In this document: positions 23,391 to 35,340 of the stretch, one piece after another | Position numbering within the stretch: position 1 is the first letter of the stretch | Layout of the letters: each line of letters opens with the position of its first letter | NCBI GenBank assembly: GCA_030390025.1 | Contig: CM059433.1 | Span: 21,516,001 to 21,580,000 of the forward strand | Length of the DNA: 64,000 nucleotides | Direction: 5' to 3' | Source: Squalus acanthias | Lineage: Eukaryota | Translations under genes and position numbers: made by a program | The notes under the pieces: generated by a model | What the model was told of the DNA's origin: nothing | The model's database searches: none | Seen by the model: only the letters and a program-made list of their open reading frames with translations

Positions 23391-24110
23391 GGGGGAAAAA
23401 TTTGGTTGCTTTGCGCCTCCCGTTAGCACCCTAAGAGGACGCTAATGAGGTGCAAAGAAACTAGTGCCCGGGCGCGGCGCTGCCAACGCCTCCCTTGAAA
23501 TTCAGCGGGAGGTTAGCGGCAGCAGTAACCGTTAGCGCCCCGCGGCGCTGCGCCACCGGCGATGACTTCATCGCCGTGTGCAGCGTCCCGCTTGCGCCGC
23601 GGCCACGATCTTCGGTAGCGCCCCCTGACTTACCGCCGGACGCTATGTCCGACGGGGTCAGGGGGGCCTACCTGTGACTGGGGCGGCACTATTTAAAGGC
23701 GAGGTGCCGGGCGGCCATTTTTGTTGCTGGACGCCTGCTAGCACCTGCCTCTGCTGCCGTCCCCGGCCTCCTGACCCGACCCCCCCGGTGGAGTGCCGGC
23801 TGCCCTCCATGAGCCCGGCACTTCTCTTGAGTGCTGGGCTCTTTTGCTGGCTCTCCGATCCCCGGTGACCCAGATGGGGTCGCGCTGCGCAAGGCCCCTT
23901 CCCTTTAAGAAGGGGAAGGAAGGCCTGCTATAACGTGGCACGTAGCGCTGCAATGCTCCCTCGCATCGCCCCAAGAGGGTGGCGGGGCACTTCCAGTAGT
24001 GCCCCGTTTCCCTCTTGGGGCGTTACCACTCAATTTTGGCCGCAGGGGCGCTAATTTTAATGGGGCGCGAAGTTAGCGCCCCAATGGGGGCACAACTCAA
24101 TTTTTCCCCC
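23391..24110 (-). mobile_element. Harbinger-type MITE family B, TSD TAA
   Basis: TAA|gggggaaaaatttggttg ... caactcaatttttccccc|TAA; reverse orientation relative to 18671. Confidence 0.92.
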
Positions 24111-24994
24111 TAAATCTATTCCCTGTAGCTATGGCTCATGACATATGTGGTATCCCATAACACAAACTGGACGCCTATATCATGAGGTTCATTCATTCAC
24201 CTGAGTAATCATTAAACACACCACTGGCATGTTGAAGCAGTGCTTCAGGTGCTTTCCTCAATTTGGGAGCATCGAGCAATATGGTCTGAGGCTGCACGCT
24301 GCAACTTGGCTCATCAGGTAGCACCATCCTTCTTCCAGCAGCTGTTCCTGCTTATTGGTGCTAACTACTCCTCAGCAGAAGCCCATGAACTACTGCCGTA
24401 AGGGATTGGCCGATGACAAGGTGTGATTTGCTGACAGGGCCAGATGTACTGGGAGATTTCGCCAACCTCCCTCAGGTACAGCTAGAGGAGGAAACAATGA
24501 ATGGAGTTAACAATGATATCCTGCTGAGCAGCGATCACCTCTCACAATAGAAGAAGCGACATGAGGGTTTCAGGAAAGGGGTTGCTGCTAGTTCAGGCAT
24601 GGTTCAACAGGACGACTAAGAAGAAAAGGACTAGGTTGCCAAGACACTGCAGCTAACACATTCCCTCCTACTTCCCCATCTCTAGCACTCTAATGGCTTC
24701 ATAGGATTTTCAGTGCTTCATATTTATAGCGGGTGAGAGGGCGGAGGTTTATTTGTTGCAGCTTTCTGTTATGAGTTGTCTTGTCCTCGAGGAAAAAATG
24801 CAAGAGTGAGAATTACCTTTTGTTACTGTGACATGCAGTAAAACCCAGGTATCAGCATACAGCCCATAATGGGGGTTATGATAGGTACATAAAAGAGGCA
24901 GTTACATTCCATGCAAGGTATTTTGTGGGATAAATATACGTAAGGATGTGAGTGAACCAAATCTTCCAGGTGGAGACTGGCTGTTTAAAAGGTA

Positions 24995-25380
24995 CAGGAA
25001 ACTCTTTATTAACCGGCACCAACGGGACCGGCGTGGTGCCGGTTTATCGAAAGTACCGGATAACGGAGAGTTATATCTACCGAGGCTATTTTTAACAAAG
25101 AAAAATAAATAAATCAAGAAATGTGCAGTATACAGTATTTGGGTACTTTTGAAAACTACCCCTACTGACTAAATCGGCGTTCGCGGACTCGGACTCGGAC
25201 TCGGGATCGGCAACATTGCCGGTTATTTGAGAGGAGTTTTCGGAGTACTCGGCGTTCGCGGAGACTCGACTGCGACTCGGCAACATTGCCGGTTATTTGA
25301 GAGGAGTTTTCGGAGGATGATTTTTGCCGGTTAAGCGAGAACTCCGGATATTTGGGTGCCGGATAAACAAAAGTTTCCTG
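24995..25380. mobile_element. Tc1/mariner (pogo/Tigger-like) MITE, TA TSD
   Basis: TA|caggaaactctttattaaccggcacc ... ggtgccggataaacaaaagtttcctg|TA, with an internal ~75-bp tandem duplication. Confidence 0.82.
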
Positions 25381-25399
25381 TACTGTGCTACCTCATGGG

Positions 25400-25521
25400 C
25401 AATGTTCCCTCTAATTTTTTTTTTCATTAAAGGGGCCACGCAGCCCATTCAAAATTCCGCGCATGCGCGGAGCTACGTGGGGCCTCCAGAGCGCCGCGCG
25501 GCCACACAGCTTGAAAGGATG
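25400..25521. mobile_element. Short hAT-like MITE, 8-bp TSD CTCATGGG
   Basis: CTCATGGG|caatgttccc ... |CTCATGGG; the right TIR is eroded; same family as 45872-46029. Confidence 0.72.
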
Positions 25522-25564
25522 CTCATGGGCATTTATGGTGAGCAGTTAAAGTACTTTGCAACAA

Positions 25565-25930
25565 TAGGTTGTCAACTATGGTTGGACGTATTCCTGGAGA
25601 TTTTATCACATGACCTCCTGCCTCCAATCACACCGCTCCTACGCTCCTGCTATTGGTCGACCAACACGTCCATCGTCACAGCACACCGCCTTCCCACCGC
25701 CAATTAGAAAGCGAACACTCTTCATTAACCGTTTGGATGATTCTTGACTGTCAATCAAACAGCCTTTTATTCCCATCTCCAATATTTTAATAACTAGTAA
25801 TGAAAGTTGTTAAAGATAATGAAAAAAAAACCGACGATTTTTCTCCAGGGCTGCTCACAGCAGAGTCCTGGAGCTTTTAATATTTAATTCCTGGAGAATC
25901 CAGGTCAATCTTGGAGGGTTTTCAACCCTA
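25565..25930. mobile_element. hAT-like non-autonomous element (TAGGGTTGCCAAC-type ends)
   Basis: taggttgtcaac ... gttttcaacccta with subterminal cctggag repeats; no TSD recognisable. Confidence 0.55.
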
Positions 25931-26002
25931 TTATTGTGAAGAACGGTCAGTGGCAGACATACTTAGCACCGTGCATTGTCAGAAGATGTGGGTGGTTTCT
26001 TA

Positions 26003-26228
26003 AAAGAAAAAAAAAGACTTGCATTTATATAGCGCCTTTCACGACCACCGGACGCCTCAAAGCGATTTACAGCCAATGAAGTACTATTTGAAGTGGCGTC
26101 TCTGTTGTAATGTGGGAAACGCGGCAGCCAATTTGCGCACAGCAAGCTCCCACAAACAGCAATGTGGTAATGACCAGATAATCTGTTTTTGATATGTTGT
26201 TTGAGGGATAAATATTGGCCAGGACACC
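26003..26228 (-). mobile_element. DeuSINE/SacSINE1-like 3' fragment
   Basis: Homologous to 6881-7100. Confidence 0.85.
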
Positions 26229-26232
26229 TTAT

Positions 26233-26280
26233 ACCTGATCTGGTAAGATCATTGAACTTCTTCCTGCACTGCCTGGCCAT
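26233..26280 (-). pseudogene. Harbinger Myb/SANT-like protein remnant
   Basis: Reads RQCRKKFNDLTRS followed by a gt donor; typical of the third helix of the Myb/SANT (trihelix) domain in Harbinger accessory proteins. Confidence 0.55.
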
Positions 26281-26469
26281 ACAATGGCTGATGGTGAGTG
26301 AGTATGGACACTGGCATATTTTTTTTTAAAAAGGGCCATTTTTTAAATTAAAAAAAATATATTTGGGCAGGGCATGGGCTCACTTATGCTGTGGCAAGGT
26401 GCCACATTGAGATTTCCCCCACCCAAAGTGGGTGCCCCAGAAATCTTTTGTGGAGTTGGCATTCAACAA

Positions 26470-27017
26470 GAGCTTGCATTTATTCAGCCCCTTTAATGTA
26501 GTGAAACGCCCCAAGGCACTTCACAGGAGCGTTAATGTGACACCAAGACACATAAAGAGATATTTGGACAGGTGACCAAAAGCTTGATCAAAGAGGTAGG
26601 TTTTAAGGAGCGACATAAAGTAGGAGCGAAAGGTGGAGAGGTTTAGGAAGGGAATTCGGAGCTTAGGGCCTAGGCAGCTGAAGCCATGGTCGCCGATGAT
26701 GGAGCGATTAAAATCGGGGCTGCTCAAGGGGCCAGAATTGGAGGAGCGCAGAGATCTCGAGGGTTATAGGGTTGAGGGAGGTGACAGAGATAGGGAGGGG
26801 CGAAGCCATGGAGGGGTTTGAACTCAAGCATGAGAATTTTCAAATCGAGGTGTTGCCGGACCAGGAACCATTGTAGGTCAGTGAACACAGGGGTGATGGG
26901 TGAACAGGACTTGGTGCGAGTTAGGATACGGGCAGCAGAGTTTTGGATGAATTCAAGTTTATGGTAGGAGGGAGGCCAGCCAGGAGAGTATTGGAATAGT
27001 CGAGTCTGGAGGTAACA
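26470..27017 (-). mobile_element. L2-clade LINE 3' fragment
   Basis: Reverse-complement homologue of 4950-5540 (LLKTYLFDQAF). Confidence 0.85.
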
Positions 27018-27509
27018 TTCTGTAAAGTCATCTATGTATTATTAAAAAGTCTTGTGTACGTACACACTTCTTGCCCAAATTCCTGTTACCATAATTTCTG
27101 GTCAGACTTTTCTGTCAACAGATAACATTGAAATTGCCTATCTAAGCATTTAGAATAGAAGACTTAGCATAAAGAGAACTACAGGCCAGTTAGTCTGACA
27201 TCAGTCATCGGGAAAATGCTGGAATCCATTATTAAGGAAGCGGTAACAGGGCACTTAGAAAATCATATGATAAGGCAGAGTCAGCATGGTTTTATGAAAG
27301 GGAAATCATGTTTAACATCTCTATTAGAGTTTTTTGAGGCTGTAACTAGCAGCGTAGATAAAGAGGAACCAGTGGATGTAGTATATTTGGATTTTCAAAA
27401 GGCATTTGCTAAGGTGCCACACGAAAGGTTGTTGCACACCATAAGGACTCATGAGGTTGGGGTAATATATTAGCATGGATAGAGGATTGGTTAAAGGACA
27501 GAAAACAGA

Positions 27510-28453
27510 GGGGCAAATTTTAACCTAAAAAAAAGGGGTGGGTTTGGAGCGTGGGGTAGTTAAATTGTTAAAAATCGGAATCCCAAGCTGAGCCCACCTC
27601 CAACCCGCCCACTTCCGTTTTAACGGAGGCGGGCAGCCAATGCGCTGCCAGGAGGCGAATTGTCAATTTAAATATTATAATGAGGCTGGAAGCCTCTTCT
27701 TTAACCTCCATTTTGTGTTTAACTGTAGCCTCTCGGGTTTTACACGCTTGGTAAAATCCAGCAGTTACAGCAAGGCGAGCACTGCTGCATCCAGGAGGTA
27801 AGTACCTTTATACTTACCTGCTGGATCCAGGGTCCCTGTCAAGCACACCCTCCGCGATCAGAGACCCCCTCATGAGGCCTCCGATCACCCCCCTGGCCTC
27901 CGATCCCTCCACGAGGCCTCCCCCCGCACCGGCCTTCCCCATGCGCCTCCCGGCCCCGATCTTCTGCAGACTCCCCACTCCCCCTTGCTCCTCCAGCTGC
28001 CCTGCAGCCCATCGCCCCGCGATCCTTGGCACACCGCCCCACTTGCTGCTCCGGCCGCCACCCGGCCTCCGATATTCCTTTCACCGGCCTCAATGATCCT
28101 CACATTCCACCGCCCCCCCCCCCAGATGTTGCTGCCACCCAGCCCGAGATGTTCCTCGCACCCCCCGACCCTTAGCAAACCTCCCCACCCCCGTCCTCCT
28201 CTCGCCGGCCCCAGCCCCAACCCCCTCCGGCGATCCCGCCCCCTCCCTCCTCTGTGCGGCCTAGTGCTACAGGCCAACCCGCCCGGAGCCAGCCAGCCTC
28301 TCAGTCTGGCTGGCTGCAGGTGGGAAACAGAAGCCCCGCGTGCAAATCAGGCCCTGCTGTTAAATTCGACAGGGCCTGTGAAAAACCCGGCCTCCCCAAC
28401 CGCCTCTGAGCTCCCGTTGCCCCCAACTCGCTTTCACCATGAAAATCCAGCCC
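27510..28453. mobile_element. Harbinger-type MITE in CR1, TSD AGA
   Basis: AGA|ggggcaaattttaa ... gaaaatccagccc|AGA; removing it restores CR1 gaaaacagagagtaggg. Related to the 12254 element. Confidence 0.85.
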
Positions 28454-28646
28454 AGAGAGTAGGGATAAATGGGCCATTTTCAGAATGGAAGGCTATTATT
28501 CGTGGGGTGCCGCAAGGATCAGTGCTGGAGCCTCAGCTATTTAGAATCTATATTACTGACTTAGATGAAGGAACCAAGTGTAAGATATCCAAGTTTACTG
28601 ACAATACAAAGCTAGGTGGGAAAGTAAGCTGTGAGGAGGACACAAA

Positions 28647-29521
28647 GGCCGCGATTTTCTCGATTGATGCGGCTTGGGAGCGGGTCAGGTGGCTTCCGGG
28701 TTCCAGTCCCGCCCCCAACTACATCTGGCCCACAGATGTGATTTTACGTCAGTTGGCCTTGTTAAGCCTGCCCTGCGGGCTTGCCGGCCAATTAAAAGGA
28801 AGCCGGTCAGATGACGTCTTTTGATGACGCGTCATCTGCCGGTTTTCTTAAAGGGACACCACACAATTTTTTTTGACAGCTGATTTCTCAGTGTTTGACA
28901 GCATTGAGGTGCTGCAAACACTGACAATGACTGTTCACAGGTAAGTTCTTGCACCCAGGCTCTCCAGTGACTCCCTCCTTAGGCTAGAACAGATGGCAGC
29001 TGCAGGTGAGGTTACAGAAGCGATCTGTCACTGGTGAGAGAGGGTCTCCCAATGAGGTGGGACTAGACATACAATTCAAAACTTGTTACCTACAGAAAAG
29101 TCTAAATGCATTAAAAATGAATTTCTCAACATTTTCTTACCTCTGAAACTCACCAGTGCACCATTGGATCCTTCACACCACTTCTGCAGCTGTCATCAAT
29201 GCAGAAACATTACAGCAGACTCGCAACATGCCATACTTACCTGGCATGGTGTCCGGACATCGGGAAGCCCAAAGTAGAAGTGTCAAAATTGAAAAAGAGC
29301 TTGTTAACTGCCTGTTAACAACCTTTAACAGGCAGTTAAGTGGCTATAATCCTCTTCCCGCCGCTAGGTGTCGGGTCCATGCGCAAATCGGGGACCCGAC
29401 ACTTGGGAAGATTGATTGGAGGCGGGTTGACAGCGGGTTTCCTGCCCGCTGTCAATCTTTGCGATTTTGTCGGAGGTCCCACCTCTAAAGCTGCCCCCTG
29501 AGCGCTTGCAAAATTCCGGCC
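28647..29521. mobile_element. Harbinger-type MITE in CR1 (TSD AAA/AGA)
   Basis: ggccgcgattttc ... gcaaaattccggcc; CR1 resumes exactly after it. Contains an APRLSSDSL remnant like a Myb-gene start at ~28951. Confidence 0.82.
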
Positions 29522-30190
29522 AGAGAGTTTGCAAATGGATATAGACAGGTTAAGTGAGTGGGCAAGAAGGTGGCAGATGGAGTATAATGTGGGGAAATGT
29601 GAGGTTATTCACTTTGGTAGGAATAATAGAAAAACAGAATATTTTTTAATTGGTGAGAAACTATTAAATGTTGGTGTTCAGAGGGATTTGGGTGTCCTTG
29701 TGCATGAAACACAGAAAGCTAGCATGCAGGTACAGCAAGCAATTAGGAAGGCAAATGGTATGTTGGCCTTCATTGCAAGGGGGTTGGAGTACAAGAGTAA
29801 GGAAGTCTTGTTGCAATTGTACAGGGCTTTGGTGAGACCACACCTGCAGTCGTTTGTAAAGTTTTGGTCTGCACACCTAAGAAGTATATACTTGCCTTAG
29901 AGGGGGTGCAATGAAGGTTCACTAGATTGATTCCTGGGTTGTCCTATGAGGAGAGATTGAGTAGAATGGGCCTATACTCTTTGGAGTTTAGAAGAATGAA
30001 AGGTGATCTCATTGAAAGATATAAGATTCTGAGAGGGCTTGATAGGGTAGATGCTGAGAGGCTACTTCCCCTGGCTGGAGAGTCTAGAACTAGGGGACAC
30101 AGTCTCAGGATAAGGGGTCGGCCATTTAGGACTGAGATGAGGAGAAATGAGGGTTGTTAATCTTTGGAATTCTCTACCCCAGAGGGCTGT

Positions 30191-30383
30191 GGAATTAAAT
30201 ACGTGGGGTTACGGGGATAGGGTGGGATATGTGTCGGTGCAGGCTCGATGGGGATTCTGTGTGAGAAAGCAGGGACAGGGTACTGGATTTGGATGATCAG
30301 CCATGATCGTATTGAATGGTGGAGCAGGCTCGACGGGCCAAGTGGCCTACTCCTGCTCCTAGTTTCTATGTTTCTATGTTTCT
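30191..30383 (+). mobile_element. 5'-truncated HE1-like SINE inserted in the CR1 3' region
   Basis: Nearly identical to 15357-15550. Confidence 0.88.
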
Positions 30384-31961
30384 ATATTCAAGGTTGAGAT
30401 TGATAGATTTTTGGACTCTCAGGAAATCAAGGGATATGGGGATTGGGCGGGAAAGTGGAGTTGAGGTCGATGATCAGCCATGATCTCATTGAATGGGGAG
30501 CAGGCTCGAGGGGCCGTATGGCCTACTCCTGCTCCTATTTCTTATGTTCTTCTTATGTAATTATAACTTCCTGGCTCTGCTAAACCTACATAAAGCACTA
30601 GTTCGGCCCCAGCTGGAGTATTGTGTCCAATTCTGGGCACCACACTTTGGAAAGGACGTGAAGGCTTTGGAGGAGATTTACTCCACTGGTTCCAGGGATG
30701 AGAGATAAGTTATGATCCAGCAAAAGTGGTTGATGGGGCCCTGAACCCCGCCCCTATCCAGCCTGCCCCATATAATGTGATTCCTACCTGAAAGGTATGA
30801 AAAATGTCAGTCAGCCAAAACTCAGTGCACTTTTTAAGAAAAGTGATTTGAATCAAATGTTATCATGCCACATTTGAAAGATGTCCCCAGTTAGCACTTG
30901 AGCAATTCTTTACGAAAAAAAATCCTAACTAAAAATGGTGCATTTAAGATCTGACGTTCACACAGGAGGAAACAATGAAACACTTGCAAAGCATTGTCTG
31001 GTAAAATGAACAACATTTTATAACTCCTTGGTGGACAGTAAACCAAATGGAGACGGCACTCTTTAAAGAGTTTTATTCACAGAATGAAGAAAGGATTTAC
31101 GGACCAATCTATGCTTGGAACTACCATAAATGTTAAAGTTCAGACTGCTATGCATGGCTGAATGTGAGGTCATTCTCGTGTATGTTTTGCAATTTATTTC
31201 TTATATTTTTATATAGTCCCATGCATGGATGCGATTTTGCAGTTAACAGCACCCTGCAGAATTGTTTTATTGCTTAAAAGAAACATTTTCAAAAGTGGAA
31301 TTGGTAGGGTTATTTGTGCTGATATATTCCACACATCTTTGACTTGCTCGGTCTGGATTATATTCACATTAATGTGCACAGCATGTTACGCTTGCAGTAT
31401 AAAAGCTGGCTCTCTACAAATCTGGTCCACAAATGATGCTCCAACAAATGTTACTTTGACTGTACATTATGATAAATTCACAATTTTTACTTATTGCAGG
31501 TATCTCTTTGTAGGATCACCACAGGTCCACCTTTGCTCCTGTAATGTACTGAAAAATATACCACACACGCCCTGCACCTGTTTGCATCAACCGTAACATT
31601 TCCATGTGCAACTGCTGGCCAGTATAGCCCAACTCTGTGCCAGCCATTGCTTTTGACAGTCTGCAAGTTCCGGATTTCGCGCGTGCAATTGCGGTGGATT
31701 TCAAAGGAGGTATGGCAGAATAGGTCGCCATACCGATCTCAAAATCCGGGCCCTTATGTGGCTCAGAGTCAAATTTGATAAGATAGGACTCCTGTGAAGT
31801 AATTTCATGAACTAATGATAATGGATAATAGTGCAGAGACTGCACAGTTATGCCCCAGCATAATGTTGATTCAAGCAAAAGATTTCTATCACATTAGCAA
31901 TGCACTTCTAAGAATTAAAGGGCAGTTCCCAATCCTCATTTTATGCCAATTAAAAAAAATA

Positions 31962-32925
31962 AAATTGTTTTTATGGGATGACCCAGCGACGATGAAGGAA
32001 CGGTGCTATACTTCCAAGTCAGGATGATGTGTGACTTGGAGGGGAACTTGGAGGTGGTGGTGTTCCCGTGTGTTTGCTGCCCTTGTCCTTCTAGGTGGAA
32101 GAGGTCGCGGGTTTGGGAGGTGCTGCCGAAGAAGCCTTGGTGAGTTGCTGCTGTGCATCTTGCAGATGGTACTCACTGCAGCCACGGTACGCCGGTGGTG
32201 GAGGGAGTGAATGTTTAAGGTGGTAGAGGGGGGTGCCAATCAAGCGGGCTGCTTTGTCCTGGATGGTGTCGAGCTTCTTGAGTGTTGTTGGAGCTGCACT
32301 CATCCAGGCAAGTGGTGAGTATTCCATCACACTCCTTACTTGTGCCTTGTAGATGGTAGAAAGGCTTTGGGGAGTTAGGAGGTGAGACACTCGCTGCTGA
32401 ATACCTAGCCTCTGACCTGCTCTTGTAGCCACAGTATTTATGTGGCTGGTCCAGTTAAGTTTCTGGTCAATGGTGACCCCCAGGATGTTGATGGTGGGGG
32501 ATTCGGCGATGGTAATTCCGTTGAATGTCAAGGTGCGGTGGTTAGACTCTTGCTTGTTGGAGATAGTCATTGCCTGACACTTCTGTGGCGCGAATGTTAC
32601 CTGCCACTTATCAGCCCAAGCCTGAACATCTTCCAGGTCTTGTTGCATGCGGGCATGGACTGTTTCATTATCTGAGGAGTTGTGAATGGCACTGAACACT
32701 GTGCAGTCATCAGCGAAGATCCCCATTTCTGACCTTATGATGGAGGGAAGGTCATTGATGAAGCAGCTGAAGATGGTTGGGCCGAGGACACTGCCCTGAG
32801 GAACTCCTGAAGCGATGTGTGGGGCTGTGATGATTGACCTTCAATCACCACAACCATCTTCCTTTGTGCTAGGTATGACTCCAGCCAGTGGAGCGTTTTC
32901 CCCCCGATTCCCATTGACTTCAGTT
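31962..32925 (-). mobile_element. LINE family C fragment including the RT FADD motif
   Basis: ORF 32091-32726 MGIFADDCTVF...WADKWQVTFAPQKC; GVPQGSVLGP lies upstream. Confidence 0.9.
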
Positions 32926-33734
32926 TGATTATTTGACATTATAGCTCTGCCTATAGAGGCAACCCTGTGGCAAAGGTAAGTGGTCGCTGAGTCCACCAGT
33001 TACCCAGTGCTATTGTATTCCTGCTGCGGGCAAGCTGAGCTCTCCCTAGCAATGGGGAAGGTCTGTGATCAGAAATCATAAATGCATCTTTTGTAACAAC
33101 TGTGCATCTGTAGTTGTTCTGGCTTTGCTCAATCTGCCCCACAGTATAAATGAGGTCCGTTCAGTGAAGTGGAGTTGGGTCCTGTACTGCAGAAGCTCTG
33201 CATTATAAATGGAGTGTTAGATGTTACGCAGACTCCATTAATGAACAACATTCCAGCTGATGCGAAAAAGGGATGAGGCTCAAATTTATTCATGGTCATG
33301 CTGTACAGCAGCAATCACAGTTAGCGTTTACAGTTTGTGAATCGTAACTTTATAACAAATTTTCAGCATTAACTGCCCCGCTGTGGTGTGCTGATGGGTG
33401 TCAAGATACCACAGAAGAATGATGGTCCAAATTAAAGTGCAGTGTTACAATCATAATACTGTGGAATTTAGTTATTCCAGCTAATTTGCAGCAAATGTTA
33501 TCATTCTTCCCTACCCTGGGTAAAACTTAATGCAACTGTTTTAACAACGATTGGTGTTGAATTATCACGGTCTGCGATTATCATGATGAAGGAAGATTAT
33601 CATGTGCTGCAGATTTTATGTCCTCGATCTGGATAATTAAATGCTAACCCTAGATCTGTCAAAATAATATTCTTAAAGCACAGTCTGGTCTGGTACTGAG
33701 CTTTACAGACCAGGAGGGTCCCATGCTCAATCAA

Positions 33735-34420
33735 TCATCAACATCCTGGGGTCACCATTGACCAGAAACTTAACTGGACCAGCCACATAATACTGTAGCT
33801 ACAAGAGCAGATCAGAGGCTGGGTATTCTGCAGTGAGTGTCTCACCTCCTGACTCCCCAAAGCCTCTCCACCATCTGCAAGGCACATGTCCGGAGTGTAA
33901 TGGAATACTCTCCACTTGCCTGGATGAGTGCAGCTCCAACAACACTCAAGAAGCTCAACACCATCCAGGACAAAGCAGCCCGCTTGATTGGCACCCCATC
34001 CACCACCTTAAACATTCACTCCCTCCACCACCGGTGCACTGTAGCTGCAGTGTGTACCATCTACAAGATGCACTACAGCAACTCGCCAAGGCTTCTTCGG
34101 CAGCACTTCCCAAACCCGCGAACTCTAGCACCTAGAAGGACAAGGGCAGCAGGCGCATGTGAACTCCATCACTTCCAAGTTCCCCTCCAAGTCACACACC
34201 ATGCTGACTTGGAAATATATCGCCGTTCCTTCATCGTCGCTGGGTCAAAATCCTGGAACTCCCCCCCCCCCCCCCACTAACAGCACTGTGGGAGTACCTT
34301 CACCACGCGGACTGCAGCGGTTCAAGAAGGCGGCTCACCAGCACCTTCTCAAGAGCAATTAGGAATGGGCAATAAATGCTGGCCTTGCCAGCGACGCCCA
34401 CATCCCAGGAACAAATAAAA
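33735..34420 (+). mobile_element. LINE family C 3' fragment
   Basis: ORF 33837-34280, followed by a 3' aataaa and an A-tail. Confidence 0.88.
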
Positions 34421-34634
34421 AAATCTCCGCTCTCTGCTGCTTTCGGGTAGCAACAATGGAGCCATCGCCACCTCTGCATTACAAAGTATCCAGTGACACC
34501 TGATGAAAAATGTACATGTCTAAATGTTAGATGAATACAGGGCTGTAATGGGTCTGTGATACCCTCCCCAATTTGGCATAGCCTGTTAACTTTAACCATC
34601 GAGGGCACACATGTGAAAAAAGACTAGCTGAAGG

Positions 34635-34930
34635 CTCCTTGATTGCTCAGTAAATCTGTTCAGTGAGTAGCTGTGCCGTACAGGCCAATTAGGTTCTAGG
34701 TTCAATCCCTGGTGCTATGCTTAGCTCAGACGCGAAGGCAGCAGCTGTGCTAAAATTAGCTTCAGTGCCTCTGGGTCAGGGAGCGAAAAATCGGCCAGAG
34801 TTCCTGCTCCTCATAGTTTTCCACTGACCTCAGCCAGAAGTGTGCATGTGTAGGCATTGGCTGAGAACAGAATACAGCTCAGCTATGATGTCCCCTGCAG
34901 TCAATTATCTTTCCACCATTCAATTATAAG
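34635..34930 (+). mobile_element. Degenerate tRNA-derived SINE
   Basis: A-box-like ttgctcagtaa and B-box-like ggttcaatccc; similar to ~41000-41320 and ~59427-59530. Confidence 0.45.
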
Positions 34931-35219
34931 GCTTACGTAGAAATAATGGCCACCTGAGCAAGGTATCGGAAGATGTCAGACCCATTTGGAACTGTATCCC
35001 AGCAAGGCATCCATGCCTTCAGGAGAGAAGGGGGAAAACTGATGGAGTAAACAAAAAATTGACTACGCAGGTAAAGTTCCAGAAGGTTGTCAGTGCCAGT
35101 GGAACTGTACCCCAGCATGAATCACAGTGATCGGAGAAGGAGGATGGGAGAAAATTGGCATAAAAAGAGGATAAAAATCCATATGGTGAAGGTGCTCTAA
35201 TAGCATTGTGCGAGGACAT

Positions 35220-35340
35220 TCACCACACGGACTGCAGTGGTTAAAGAAGAAGGCTCTCCACTACCTTCTCAAGGGCAACTAGGGATGGGCAATAAATGCT
35301 GGCCTTGCCAGCAATGCCCATATCCCGAGAATGAAAAAGA
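35220..35340 (+). mobile_element. LINE family C 3' tail
   Basis: caccacacggactgcagtggttaaagaagaagg...aataaatgctggccttgccagc. Confidence 0.75.

Larger units (their letters stand above)
27175..30555 (+). mobile_element. CR1/HER1 LINE fragment split by two MITEs and one SINE
   Basis: Reads NYRPVSLTSV.GKMLESIIK, QHGFMKGKSCLT, GVPQGSVL, WQMEYNVGKCEV and the 3' tail; the pieces are contiguous once the insertions are removed. Confidence 0.92.

Noticed and set aside
27985..28824. 279-aa Pro-rich ORF with an RT-like middle
   Set aside because: Chance chimera reading through a C-rich MITE, a CR1 piece (GVPQGSVL) and a second MITE.
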